DNA of 64,000 nucleotides from Vicugna vicugna. Taxonomy: Eukaryota. Shown piece after piece: positions 10,801 to 24,959 of the stretch. Each line of letters starts with the position of its first letter. Position 1 is the stretch's first letter. Location of the stretch: assembly GCA_013265495.1 (NCBI GenBank), contig MU058387.1:310001-374000 (forward strand), written 5' to 3'. Position numbers and translations under genes: made by a program. The notes beneath the pieces are model-generated. The model did not search any database. It was not told the origin of the DNA and saw nothing but the letters and a program-made list of their open reading frames with translations.

Positions 10801-13429
10801 ACAACAAAATAATCACACTCAAATCCTTGTCTTCTTCAAAAAGTTGGCCAAGTGGGAGTGGAAATATCTCGAATGAAATGGTAAGAAATACTGAACTGTC
10901 TGATACTTTGGGAGAACTAAACAAGCCAGAAAGTGATGAAAATCCTAGAATGCTAAGAGATCCCACTGGCTTTACATAAGTGAAAGAGGAATTTCATCAG
11001 GAAAGGCTGGGTCTGGAGGTAATGGGCATTACTGTCGGGTACATTATTGAATTAATGCGAGCTGAAGTCTTTCTGAGACACAGAAGGGGAGAAATTGACA
11101 AGTGGATATTTGCCAAAAAGAAAAGCACTGGGTCAAAGAAGGAAAGGGATATTCAATCTCCAAAACTTTATTCTAACAATAAAAACTGGAAATCGCAAAC
11201 CTTCAAGCATAAAACAGGGAGGACTTGGCACCACCCATCATGCTCTTCTCAAAGCCGTGCTGCTCTGGGAACCAGCCTCCCAGTCCCACGTGTTTTTAAA
11301 TACTAATTTAAAAAAAAAATTACAGGGCATAATATCTTAAGTTTCTGGTTAAATGTAGACTGAATGGATGTAAAGTTGTACCAAAACAAGATTCCTCTAT
11401 GAAGATCAAAACCCTTGCTTTCTGTGCTCCAGAAGAAGGAATAAAATTAAAATCTTCAAAAGAATTTGCAAAGTGAAACCATCAGTGAAGCATTTTTCCT
11501 ACATTTGTTGTGGTATTTACTTGGCATTTTAAACATTTTCTCTTGGTGTGACACATCCATTTTCCACATATGGATTATTTTATTATTAACACATAATGGA
11601 GTAGTTAGACAGGCAATAACATTTCATGCATAAGCATGTGAAAATTAATCTAGCCTTTCAAATAAATCTCCACTCATTCCATAAATTCTGCTTTCGCTTT
11701 CTAATTCCCAGACCTGTACTTTATGTTGAGTTCAAATTCCTTTTCCCCATATTTTTACATACTGCAAATAAAAGTAAAAATTACTCTATTTCTTCTGAGA
11801 TTGAAAAAAAATATTATCTATTGGGCTATTCTTAGGCAAAAGCCTAACCTTTTATTTAAATTATTTTTAAAACCAGTAGGTTTGAAATTAACATAGAGAC
11901 AATTTCTAGTCTAAGTGCTCAATTTCTATTCACTTAGTCTGTCACATCTGCATCATTAGAATTTGAATGATACCAAAGTTAGTATTAGTCAAAAAAGTGA
12001 TCTTCCATGTTTTTTTGCCATATTACTAGAATCACTTATCATTGTTTCATTCTTTTCACTAGTATTTTGTCCGCAGAAGACCAGCATTTGGAAAACAGTG
12101 AGAGGAAGAGAACAGAACCCACTGAGTCAGCCAGCAAGCCATGAATACAGCATCAGAGCGTTTCTCAGGCCATCTACTACATTTAAAAAGAAGCTTGAGA
12201 GAACGAGACTCGGGGCTTGCAAGTTGTAATCACCATGCCGTGAAATTGCTGGATCCTGGGACTTCCATTTTGCTCCAGATTTGGAAAGGTGAACTTGGAC
12301 CTTTTATTCTACTTCTCAAAAGTGCTTTCAAGTATCTTGAGGCTTACCGAGTTCAAGTTCTTTAGCATGGCGTAAGGATTCGCCAAGTTACAGTTCACGC
12401 CTACCGCCTTCCCCATCAACCTGTACATCGCCACCCACTGAACTGAACATGACACTTCAGTAATACGCTGTTTGTTGTTTCTTTCAAGGTCACGCTGCTC
12501 CGTGCCTCCACCTTGGCTCCTTTCTTCTTTTTCTGAGCCATGTTAACTCTTCTTCATTCTTGGGGAAAACTTGCCCCTCTCTTTCATGCTAGGTTCAGTG
12601 TCCCTTTCTGCAATCCCATGAAGATTTTTATATTCCTTTGGATATTTCTGGCATGACACTGACTGTATTTTATTATAATCACTTAATTTTTATGGCTTCC
12701 TCCCCACAAACGATGAGCACGCTGAGGAGGGATTGTCATCCTCTGCTTTGTGTTCCCTTGATGGGTATTTTACTACCAGAAAGAGATGGCATTCTAAGCT
12801 GGTGTAACAACATTGGGAAAAAGTCAAAGACAGGAATGCGGGGGAAAGAGAAAACAGTGGAGTGTGTGATTCTGGTTTTGTTCCAAATATTCACTGAACC
12901 CTAAACCTTGCTTGACAAGATACTGCACTACTCACCTACGATGTAATAGAGACAAAAGTCCTTTCCCTTATGAAGATTTAATTCTAAGAACAAACACTAA
13001 TAAATAAGTGAGACGAAGCTAGTACAGAGACAGAGAGTTTAAGCATTAAGGTGAGTAATGGGGAGTCATTGTGGTGGTGTTACTTTTGAAAGATGTGTCA
13101 AAGTGAAAATAATACATGAGCTAAGATATTCCAGTATAAGTGTATCCAACAGATTAGGAGAAAAAGAGTTCAGGTATTAAAGTATGAGTTTATTTTATGG
13201 GTTAAGAGTGGAGGAAAAGAGGAAAATCTAAAATAACATTTTAAAGAAAGTACTCTCTTAAAAATACCCCAAAACAACTCTGAGGGCAATGGAAAAATGG
13301 TCTTAGGGGCACTAATATGTGAAGAGCAAAAACTGGGAGAGGAATTTTCTAAATGGTGACCGGAGTAGTCAGAGGAGAGAGAAAAATAAGTTTACAGAAC
13401 ATTGAATGATAGCCCCAGTGTATTCCTGT

Positions 13430-13835
13430 CTCTCTGTCTGTTGCTGGTAACCTCCCCCTCTGACTCAAGGGTTGGCCATGTGACTTGTTTTGGCCAATGG
13501 GACAATAACAAATCTGACACAAGCAGAGACCTGAACCAGCACTTGTGTGTTTCCACTTCCTCTCCTGCTCCTCAGCAGATCCTGCTCGATAATGAGACCC
13601 AAGCCAGCTCAGATGTCCGAGTCAAGGTCCAGATACATGAGAGGACACAACCAAGGTCAGCAAAGACTTCTAGTCCACATGCAGCTGACTGCGCAAGTAT
13701 GAGTGAGCGTGAGACCCCAAAGCCCAACTCAGATCAGCAGAGACAGAAACCAGCCTCTGGATTGGTGAGTGAAAAGAAATACTTGCATTATCTGTTAGTG
13801 AGGTTTTGTAGCTGTTTGTTACACGGCATTGTTTT
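13430..13835 (+). mobile_element. MLT1H-like MaLR LTR
   Basis: ggccatgtgacttgttttggccaatggg...gaggttttgtagctgtttgttacacggca. Confidence 0.75.
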
Positions 13836-13900
13836 GGCTTTCAGTTACTCATGTAAGTATCATGAGTGCCAAAGGAGATACCTTCTGTAAAGGCATACAT

Positions 13901-14276
13901 TGTGGGCTGCATTGTGTTTCCCAAGAGGATACCTTGAAGTCCTAATCCCAGTCCCTGTGAATGTGACCTTACCTGAGGTCATTAGGATGGACCTTAACCC
14001 AGGAAGACTAGTGTCCTTATAGGAAGCAGAGAAGAGGCACAGTGGAAAACACTACCTGAAACAGGTAGAAATTGGCATGATGTATCTATAAGACAAGGGA
14101 CTTGAAGGATTTCCAGGACCCACCAGAAGCTAGGAGAGAAGACTGGAACAGATCACTCCTACCAGCGCCTTAATTTCAGACTTCTAGCCTCTAGGACAGT
14201 GAGAAAATTAATTTCTGTTCTTTTAAGCAGACAATTTGTGGTAATTTGTTACTGCAGTCCTAGAGAACTAATGCAA
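13901..14276 (+). mobile_element. MLT1C-like MaLR LTR
   Basis: gaagtcctaatccc...gaatgtgacctta...caccagaagctaggagag...ttgtggtaatttgttactgcagtcctagagaactaatgca. Confidence 0.85.
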
Positions 14277-15309
14277 CATATGACCAAGGATCAATGGCTT
14301 CAGAAAACCAGGTTTCATAAGAGAGTTCTAAAGCATAGGCATAGTGCTTGGCTAAGGTCCAGGAATTCCTACAGATTATTCCAAAAGAAAAAAAAAAGTA
14401 TTATATCTGACATTAGTAGGAAAGATCCCTATGACTAAGAACATGCATGTATCATTTGTTCTGTGAAGATTCAAAGCTTGCTGAAAAATGGGGTACAAAC
14501 AGAAACTGCTACTCATATGTTCCTCTTATTTATCTCAACAAATCCATCCTTCTTAAGGGGCTTCCTTTCATTTCATTGAAGTTCTCTTTCTGCTGCACAG
14601 AAATCCTTTCTCAAAGTCTAAGCAAGAAGTCACGTTTAAGTTCCCACATTCTGTGCCCTCGTAACTTTGGTAATTTTGTAGTTGATATTTTAATTGGTCT
14701 CATTTTTAACATCAAGCTCTAAGCTCTGTGAATTCAGTCCTCTGGCTGTATTCAGCTCTTAATCCAGTACCTGGAACAGGTGATCAATATAGAAAATTAA
14801 GTGAACTGTGTTATTAATTTATTAATCGGAGCCATTTTTCTTAAGAAGCCTCCAGTCCTACACTTGTGTTTTTCTTTCCTAGTTTATCATCAGCCCATTG
14901 AATTCTAAATATAATAGGCAACCCTTGAGTACTTCAATCAACAGGAACTATCTTATCTTGTTTTCAGTCAAAACTTTAACAGTTATTTCTCCACTTGAAC
15001 AGAGCTCAGAGGCAACCTTTTGTCAAAGATGTGTACCTGTGAGTATAACATAACAATTAAAAGAAATGTTTTGGAGGGGGACATATCTAGTTTCCATCTT
15101 TGGCTTAGTGACATCTAAGACGTGTGAACATGGCAAATTATTTAAACTTTCTTCGCCCATTTTTCTCATTTCCATTGTAAATTCAAATGAACACTATATA
15201 AATCATAGAATTGCCAAAAAAGCAAATAAGGACATATGCAGAGCTATTAAAGCATATTAACCTGAATGCAGAAGTAAAAGTTTTGAAAAAAATTATGAAT
15301 GGATCCCAT

Positions 15310-15590
15310 TATATTAGTTGGTTAGGGCCACCATGACAGAAAGCCAAGACTGAGACTAAGGTACCAGCAATGGTGATTCCGAGGCCTCTCTCCTTGTTTG
15401 TAGATGGCTCTCTCACCATGTCTTTCCCCGTCTGTGTCTGTGTCCCAGTCTCCTCTTCTTGTAAGGACACCAGTCATGTTAGATTAGGGACCACCCAAGT
15501 GACCTCATTTTACTTTCATTACCTCTTTAAAGGCCCTGCCTCCAAAAATAGTCACATCCTGGGGTCACATTCTGACATAACTCATAACAC
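15310..15590 (-). mobile_element. MLT1B-like MaLR LTR (partial)
   Basis: tcttcttgtaaggacaccagtcatgttagattagggaccaccc...aaatagtcacatcctgggg. Confidence 0.8.
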
Positions 15591-16819
15591 CCTTATGCCT
15601 GGGTCATGTGGTCAAACCAAAACAACACTTCTTATGTTCCATATCACTCTTAGTTTATTATCCTAAAGTTACTGTTTCATTTTTAATATTAGAGGTGTTT
15701 AGCTTTTTATCTGTCATAGATGTCAAAAATGATAGGGAACATAACCTTCATTTTTTTAAAACAAAATTTGTCTCTAATCTTCCACTTTAAAAATGGGTTT
15801 TGACAAAGAGTTATATAACTGTTATTAGAATACTATCACAATATTTTATATGTCCCCATGGAGATGGAGTCTTTCTCCTTCCTTTCTGTCTCCATCACAT
15901 TGTATTTACGCCCTTCAATACCGTCCACTGGCACAACACCCATTACAGGCAACTCATGTCCCTACAGGCTGCCTGCCTGTTCAGTTCTGTAGAATTTCTC
16001 TCCCTGAATCCCCTAGGACATTGAGAAGAATATGTTTCTTTTTGGCAGCTAGCACTTGGTGCGTGTCTGGATTGTGAATGCCACTAAATCTGCTACATTT
16101 CAACATTTTAAAATCTAAATATACTAACATGCATACCTAGATGAGCAGAATTCACAAAGGCCTATTGCTGGCTAATTATTGTCCATTAAAGTGTAATTAG
16201 AATAAAATCAATACCCGGTGTCTGATCCCAGGATATTGGACCAAATTGCAATGCAGAATATTTGGCCATTTTCTTTAGTGAGAGACTGAACGGCCAAATC
16301 CAGCCATGTAAATCCAATCAATTAGCCTTGAACATCTATTCTTCTCTGGCTTTCAATCGCAAGGTATGGGTCACAAGGGAGAATGACTCAGAAAATTCTG
16401 TACCATTACATGAGAATGAAGTTAAAAGCCATGCCCATCATCATAGTATTTTCATCACAGCTGTTACCAGTATGTCAATAATTGTCACATAAGAAGTCAT
16501 CTTGGCCTAGATGCCAGTAAAAACTTGTGTATGGAAATGTTTACCTCAAGTAAAAGATAGTTTTTACTGAATCAGATTCTGATCTGAGGAAATTAATTTG
16601 TTACACTTAATACAAAAGTCTTGACAAGGTCAAAATGTAGATTCAAATTTAGCCAAGCTTAAAAGTTTTATGGTTATTGATTGCTTTCACATTGAACATT
16701 TCCTTACATATTTAGTGTTACCCAGTGAAGAGGCAACACAATAATGTTGTCGATAAGATCACTGAAGCTGAGGTTACCTAAGAAAATGTCCTCATTTTTA
16801 CACCTCCATTCTCTGAGGA

Positions 16820-17640
16820 ATGAAATAAATGGTGCTGGGAAAACAGGCTATTCATCTGAGGGGAAAAAAGAAATGAAAATTGCCTTCTATTCTGTGTTTC
16901 TTATGCAGCAATTTCCCATGAATCAAAAATCTGCATGTAAAAAATGAAGCTATAAATAGGAGAAAACAGACCATTTTTTTCTTTAATAATAACTGATTAG
17001 GATAAGCCTTTCTAAGCAAGAACAAATGCCTAAAATGTCTAAAAGAATGTAACAGATTAAATTATATAAATATGTACAGTTTTTACATGTTTATAAAAAA
17101 ATTCCCTTTAAAACTCCAAAAGGCAATTAGCAAAATCAGTTATTAACTAGTTAAATTATTTTCAAAATGAGGTTGCATTGAGGCATCGAAGCACATATAA
17201 TATTTTTAATATAAAAATTGTTTTCAAATCATTAAAAAATAAATCCAAGAAAAATATGCATGAGGACAATAGAGTTAGAAAAAAAATGAAGGAAAAAAGT
17301 AATAGACGTTTTCCAAAACAAAGATGCTCAACCCTTTATCAAAATTAAAAATGCAAATAAAACATTAAAAAAAAGTATACTCTTAACAGAGTCAAGTTTT
17401 TGAAAGTATGCAGGTAAACCTGTGAACTGGTATAACTTTTCATGAGTTAGTTCAAGGTAAATATATTAAAAAAATTAAAATATACATTCCCCTTGGCTTA
17501 TCATCTCCACTGTTAAGAATGTACTTTATAGGTAAATAAGATTTTCATGGAAGGACTAATTTGAATAGAAAAATATGGAACATTTTAATTATAATTAATT
17601 ACAGAATAAAAATGTTTCAAATAACCAAGAAAGTAAGATA
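16820..17640 (+). mobile_element. Highly diverged L1ME fragment
   Basis: aataaatggtgctgggaaaacaggctattcat...; A-rich L1 ORF2/3' end-like text. Confidence 0.6.
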
Positions 17641-20349
17641 AATAAAATTTTGTTTGATGTGACTGATGAATATCACCTTTTTTGTTTTCCAAATTTTGGC
17701 ATCAGCAAAAGGAAGAGAATGTCATCATTTTTATAACCCTTTCAAATACAGGTTAAAAAAATAGTTTTCTCTCTTACAGAAGAGACTTCAGCTTTAGAAA
17801 ATATTTTTTCTTTCTTTCTAAGCATATATAAAATAGAGCTGCTATATGAGTGAGTCTTCTTTTTGTATTATGCAACGTGAAAAAAATACATTCATAGCAG
17901 AATGAAATATATTTCCTTTGATCTTGTCACAGTGAGAAAGGGCCAGAATGGACATAAAGTCCCATTCATCATGTATTTACGATGAAGGCATTAATCAAGA
18001 CAACACCGCGTCTCGTGTAGTGAGAGCTGTGGATCAGGAAACATACGGAAACAGTTTCAGAGGAGTACATATTTCCTTGAGATCCTCTGCATTCAAAATC
18101 AAAACACCCACCCTGTCCAATGCACCTCGTATATTTCCAACCCAACGTCTCCATTTGTGTTTCCCAGACCTGCAGTTAAAATGAAATATTAGCTCATGTT
18201 GGGTGATGTTTAAGAGCACCCCATGAAATATATTGGCAGCCATGGACCTTCTAGGATAACATCTGCCCCGGGGGATAAAGTCAACCCCAGCCACGACAGA
18301 CGGCGTGTGCTTTTGGCAACCTGAAAACCGATGGTTTGGCTCACCAAACGTCATCCATGCGAGGTTCTTGCAGGGCGGTCAGGACTGGGACCCACTGTGG
18401 TCAGGACTGAGACCCACTGTCTTGTGTGAACTAGACTTAGCAATAGAAATAACATTCAAAGTCGAAATGTCAGACACATCAACATTGGCAGTTTATCGTC
18501 AGCTGCAATCTAGGAAAGAGATTCCTCATGAAGTCAAAACCCTGCGGACTGTCCTCTTTCATGAGCGTATCAGCATCATTAGCTTCTTAGTTGAATTGGT
18601 GGTACATTGCTTTCAATGCCTCAGAAACTGCAGTTTGTCTGTTTCCCTTCATCCTATGTCCACTGTTCAGCTCCTGTTTCACACACGTGGTCATGGATGC
18701 TACCATTCTAGGACGAAAATTTCTAAAGGCAGAATTTAAAACTATGTGAGCACAGTATCTCTGCTTTCTCATCACAACAGATGATGTGCACAGGAAAAAA
18801 AAAAGATGCTTGATTGGGCTCCTTATTCAATAATTTACTATAAAAATCTATTTAATCTATTTTTTGAAAAGGCCTTTAAGGTGAAAGAGGTTACCGATAT
18901 TGAGAGTTTAGGCTTGATTTTGTCCACTTGTTACCACAGTAGTTAGAACACTAGGGAAATGTCCAAGGATGCTTAAAAGATACTCATCTTGCTTGGGGGT
19001 TGCTGAGTATTTGTATTTGTCAAATTTTAATAGGTTTTCTAGTGGTCAAGGGATGGGCTTTTGACTGGCCTGGGTCTGACGCCTGCCTTTACAACTAGCC
19101 AGCTGTGTCATGTTGGATAATACGTTTAACCTCTGACTTCATTAGGAGGAACTCTTCTAACTGAAAGTTGCGGAAACCCAAGTTTAATTAGCTTCAAAAG
19201 AAAATAAAAATGTTGGGCGATGTGGCAACGACACAAGAAGGCAGAAGTCAATCTGAATGGAGGAATGACTTGGTCCAAGGCCTTCACACTGTCTGTTTCT
19301 CTCTTTTACTCTCTGGGTATTGAACACACTCTCGTTTAATACAGACGGGCATTTTCTATGTAGACTATTCCACGAATCACTTCGGATGTACAAACATAGA
19401 ATTCCCAACCAGAAATGCAGGAAAAAAATTATTCCTCAATTCCTTGCTGACTTGAGTCAGGAAAATCTATGGGAATGACTGTGATCTGGCTGAAACAGAA
19501 AAAAATGATGAAAACATTCGAAAGAGATGGGGTCGGAGGGGCTCTAAGGAGATCCATCTAAATTTCAAAATGCTCCTATGACTAGCAAGGCATCCTTTTC
19601 ACTAGGAGAAAATAAGGTATGGAATGCTGAGTTGAGGCAATTTCTACTTTTGTTTTCCATCATTCTCAGCTGTAAAGTGAAAATAATGGTACTTATTCTC
19701 TAGAGTTTCTATGAGATATCAGTGGCATAATATTTATACTCATTAGCACAATTCTTGGCCAATGGAATAAAGTCAATAAACAGTAACTATTATTATGACA
19801 TTTATATTAGAGGAAAATGAAATAATTTTCTGTGGCATGACCAGTCTTTCTACTCCATGAGATAGATCATAAAAGTGTAGTAGTTGTCCACACTTACATC
19901 ATTTGAATTCCATCATTAAACATACATATTTCTCAGCCTTAACTCTTTTGATCCACTATCTTCATTTGCTTTTACATCATGGCTGAAGGGCTTTTTAAAT
20001 TTTCAATAATTATGAAAGGCTTGATTGTATTTCTGATGAAATGTTGGTTTTCATTTCAATGGTTTGTTTAATAATATTTTGACCACTTAAAATCTTTGAA
20101 ACATTGCACAAATCTCTTTTAAAAATACAGTTAGCACACCGAAGAGAAATGTAATTTTTTAACATTAAATATAAAACAAAACCTGGTACACTGATGTTTT
20201 TAATGAAAGCAGAAAACATCAAATTAATAAATCAGTCAGAGAAGGAGAGAAATTTAAAATGATTTGCTTATTAACAAATGCTACAGTTATATGTGCTCAT
20301 AATTTGGGGGCAACAAATACGTAATCATTTCTTACGACCACCAGAAAAA

Positions 20350-20615
20350 ATAATAGCAGTAATAAAATTATAGTAAAGTCATTCTTGAGTGACACGTCCT
20401 GTGTTTCAGAGGCTGTGTTAAGTGATTTATACGTATTTCCCCATTTCCTCTTCTCTCAAGTCTAATGGATTTAGGTGTCAATACTTTTCCATTGTAATAC
20501 AGAGCAAACTGACACACAGAAAGGAGTCACTCGTCCAAGTTATACAAGCTTGTTAGTAGGAAAGCTAATATTTGAACCCAGGTCTGTCTGAGTCTGTTCT
20601 GTGCTGCTGACCACT
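20350..20615 (-). mobile_element. MIR SINE
   Basis: caaactgacacacag...cactcgtccaagttatacaagcttgttag...tttgaacccaggtctgtctga. Confidence 0.75.
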
Positions 20616-21569
20616 ACGGAGCACCGGGCGCGGGCTTAGAGAGAAAAACGCCAGGGCTTGTACATCCATGTGTCTTTCCCAGCATCCTTCCTATAACCCA
20701 TTCTGACTACCTCTCAATTCAAACCACTCTGGCTCCAGGGAGGGTAATTAAGAGTTATGACTTCAAGGGACTTCCTGCTAGGCCACCAGCTGGATTTCCA
20801 CGTGTTAACAAAGATAATGTGAAATGTAAATACACAACATAATTAGGCAAAAATGGGTGTTTAAATCAGGAGCAAAGGGCCCAATTTGCTGGGAATATGC
20901 ACAATGACAACAAATTACCCACTTGGAATGTGCTGACATTATTATTTCCCACCGTATCAGACACATGCCATTGTTTATAAAATCTTCTTCAGTTCTGGCT
21001 TTTTTTTTTTTTTTTAACTGCCACTGCTGTTCAAATCAAGGACAAGTTAACAATGACATGATGCTTACTGCCTTGGGATGGTCCTTCTGCTTGTGAAATT
21101 TCTGTGCATCCTATCTGTAGTCTCCCTTGACTCTAACTTTTTCTTTCTTTCTCTGCTAGTAGCAACTTTTCCCAGTCAAGTGACCGTAAGTGTGGGACCA
21201 GCTACCCTAATATGCTTTACAAAAATTCTATAGGACATAACTGACATTGCATGAGATTCATATTTAGTAAGTTTTAGAAAGATGGGAAAGACTTTGGAAA
21301 CATTTTGCAAAGCTTCTCAGGGATATTGATATACAAATAGGCATATCCAGAAAAGAGATATAAAATGTAATGATTCCTAGATTTTTTTTGATCATGAAAA
21401 CAGTGCTTCTTGGAGCATCTCTCTAAACTTGCAGCCCATTACAAACTGGAGAAGATATTGATTAGAAACACTTCAGTGTGCTCACTTTGCTTCTGTTTCT
21501 GCCTCTTACTCTTCCTCCATTTTCTCACTCTGTCAACAGATTTAGCTGTCTGTAATTAATACGCATCAA

Positions 21570-21805
21570 TATCTGAACAGCTAACATTTTCTCGGTACTT
21601 CACTGTGCGATGGATTCTGAGCTAAGAACTTCTACTTAATTTAACTCAAAGTAACCCTTTGAAGTGTTGCTATTAAGCCCATTGCACAGATAAGGAAATT
21701 GACAATCTGAGAGGTAATGGGAAGTGCCCAAGATCACTTGGTTATTCAACAGTAGAACAGAGAACTCAGCTATTAGATTGTGATGTCAGAGTCCAAACTC
21801 TTTAT
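21570..21805 (-). mobile_element. MIR SINE
   Basis: cccattgcacagataaggaaattgac...gtgcccaagatcac. Confidence 0.7.
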
Positions 21806-22484
21806 TGATGTATGTAAAGCCTTTATGTGCTAAACAAAATTTACTTTTCATTTCTGATACTGTGCCACTCACGTTTCTTACCTTATTCCCTCCACCAGCC
21901 ACTCAGTAACAGAACAATTGTAGGCATTTCTTACCATATCACTAATTTATGGCTCTACTGTAATATAAGTGAAGTGTAATATAAGAAACAATTTTTAAAG
22001 CTTATCTGGATAATCAGTGTTGTAAAAAATACTTAAAATTATATTTTCACTGGACTTAATACCATACTCTACAAACTGTTTATGTATGCAAGGGTGTATA
22101 GATTTGTTTGTCTATGTGTGAAGATAAAAGAAAAACGTGTAAACAAAAATATTAAGAACATTTTCTTGATCTCACCAAGATCAACCACCCTGGAAACAAA
22201 TATAGAAGTGACTGTTAAAACCAAGTTTTCAATAAAGCAGATTGTGAAATTTCTAGCCATATATTTCTCATGTTGGACGATGTAAGTCTTTTCTTAACGT
22301 ATATAATATTAAGTACTAGGAGAAGTCTGAGGAATTTCAATCTTGGGTAATCACAGTATATACAGTAATATAGCACTGTTCATTGACACCTTGTATTTGT
22401 GTAGCAGGTGACCTAGGTCCGTCTATAAGTCTCATTCTTCTTGTGTATTTTTGACCTCCCATCTTGCCTGGTATATCACACTGA

Positions 22485-22966
22485 TAAATCAGAGTCCCCA
22501 TGGGAATGAGATCGTGCGTTCATTGGTATAATTGAGAAAAATACAGTCAAAGGATTCACTACAAATTGCTGCATAACATTGCAGGGCTAACAAGAACTGG
22601 GTACGGTGACCAGCCCTGGCCTTGAAGGGGAAAGGGAGGGGAGCGGTCATCAGAACCTGGACGGAGAGGGATGCTGTTATACGGGAGGTGCTCACTAGGT
22701 GCTCTGGGCACTGGTAGTAAACACAATCAGTTCCAAACTGTGACCCAATAAATAGCCAGTGAGTTTGGGAAAATATTAAAACTTCACTACTTACTCTCTT
22801 TCCACTTTCCAATTTCTTGCCAGTGCTTTCCATTGACTATTCCCAACTGCGAACTAAAAAGGAATCCAGTTGAGGAAGTCCATGAAAGTCTGCTTCCAGG
22901 GACACAGCACAGGATGGAGGAGTGGGGAGAGTCAATCTGGAGGGGCAAATGGAGACCATCAGTATA
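22485..22966. mobile_element. LTR33-like ERVL LTR
   Basis: Ends in ggagagtcaatctggaggggcaaatggagaccatcagtata, resembling the recalled LTR33 terminus. Confidence 0.6.
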
Positions 22967-24484
22967 ATCCATAGACACGTACTAGATTATGAGTTTAAAC
23001 AAACAAACAAAAAACTTGAATGATGGTCTTATGACTTGGATAGTTTTAACTGTAATCAAATGTCAGATGTCATTTAACTTCCCTGAATAAAATTCTCACG
23101 TCTGGGTTGATGAGTTTATTGGGCTAGAAAGTCTGGAAACGATTGTTTTAAAACACTTTTTCCAACTGCATAGAACTTCTCTGTCCCTGGGTTTCAGATT
23201 TGTACCCTGTAGCTAGCCAGCAAGGATTTGTCTTTCAGTGTGATAAAGATGGGGGAAGGATTTGTTCCATATTTATGTAGAGCAACGTAGGAAGCTAGTG
23301 ACAGTACAGATACATTGCCACGACCATCTTAATGCACAAGAAGACAATACCACTGCAACTTTTAAACCCAACAAATTTCCCATAATCGTTGAGTACAAAA
23401 AAATAATACCAATAAATATGCAACAACCTTCTTCAGAAACGTTTTGGACCTGTTGTGTGGAACCCAGGACCTTAAAAAGAGCTATGGAAAATGTTCATAA
23501 CTCAACCAATGAATTAAAGGCTACTGAGAGGTAAAATGTTTTCATGAAACTAATTTCTTAGAGCACTTTCTTCCGAAGTAGATATTTAATCTCAATTTCC
23601 CGAATTCTTCAATATCACAGCCTAACTAACTACTGTCTAATGTGAAGATGTTTTAAAACTTGATTTAGATTTCCACTCGAAAAATACTGAAACTTAAGTT
23701 TCTACTGAGCATTGCTTATGTACGAGGCACCATGAAAAGTCCTGTGAGAAATTCCAGAGTATATCCTCAAGGAATACCTGAAATTTATTGGAATTCTTTT
23801 CCTTGGAGAATAGGATCATTATACAAATATCTAGGACACAGGCAAAATGAACGCTGAGACCTAAAAAAGTTATAAACCAAGAAGTCTGGTTTTATATGCT
23901 GTTAATTACCAGTGTTTTAATAGTTGTTCATGGCTTAAAGATGTTTTCCTGTTTCCTACCTCACTTGTGCTCACAGATGTTATGAGTTTATCGCTACATA
24001 ATTATTATTGCCCTTTTGTAGATGAAGAAACTGTGGTTCAGATTAGAGAGGCGGTAAGGGGTTGATAGTTCTTTTTAATCTGCTCACTAATTCTAATTCA
24101 CCATGACTCTTCTCCTCAAAGAAGAAAAAGACTAGATTTGTGAGGATGAGGCAACAAAGTAATGTAATACATATAGAGAGGATGAATTTATTAAAATTTG
24201 AGCTTATTTACCTCAGTGCTAATGGCCCAGATCCTAGGTGTTCTAAAATAGGGGCCAGTCGCTCTCCTATCTGGAGCAAGAAGCATTCTCTTCTGTCACT
24301 TTGCACAAGAATGGGAGCGTTAGCCGTGTGTCAGGACACATTTCAACAGTGGTAATTACATTTTTGTTTCTGTGCAACCCTTAAATTGCTGCCGTGTTCC
24401 CAACCAAGATAGCAGCTCATCTATAGCAAATTAAGTGACCCCCAGCCTTCTCTGTCTGAGTCTGTTACTCATAAAAATGCTTGG

Positions 24485-24645
24485 GGCGCACTTCCGGGTG
24501 GCAAAGAATTCATGTAAAGACAAGCATGTATTGTCAGCAATCAAGGGCATGAAAGTCCCTGCGCCTAGTTTCCCACAGAGCTGTTCCCCTTGGCAAAAAG
24601 AATGCCTCCCTTTCTCTCCCCCCTCCACTTCCTATAAATGTCAAG
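24485..24645 (+). promoter_or_regulatory. Candidate promoter/enhancer motif cluster (ETS, NF-kB-like, RBPJ-like, TATA-like)
   Basis: CACTTCCGG 24489-24497, TGAAAGTCCC 24550-24559, TTTCCCAC 24569-24576, CACTTCCT 24626-24633, TATAAAT 24633-24639. Confidence 0.3.
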
Positions 24646-24959
24646 AAAACTGACATCTGGAAGAGAGTTTTAGTGACATCTCTGAGCCCTCCTAGCTGCT
24701 ATCCACACTTACACCAGTGGGACTCCTGCCACATTAATTGCAGCTTTTTCCATAACCTTTTCGCTTTCCAAGGCTCCAAGGAGCAATTAGCACCGTCCAC
24801 TGCCTCAAGTGGATTCACTTACCGAGACCTCATTCCCAAACTTGTCTGTTAGTGTTCGGTCTCAAGAAACACACTTTCTCCTCCCTGATTACTGAATGCA
24901 CTCGGCAGGAATAGAAAGTGTATTGCAATGGATTAATGGCAGATATTTCGATATACATT

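Noticed and set aside
10101..11340. Several overlapping 60-108 aa ORFs
   Set aside because: Expected in GC-richer DNA; no family resemblance or coherent exon structure.
13402..13890. Longest ORF (162 aa) with a signal-peptide-like start
   Set aside because: It lies almost entirely within an MLT1H-like LTR and begins at a non-ATG codon.
17948..18739. ORFs of 78-144 aa after an acceptor-like site
   Set aside because: No recognisable domain and no convincing donor; not supportable as CDS.
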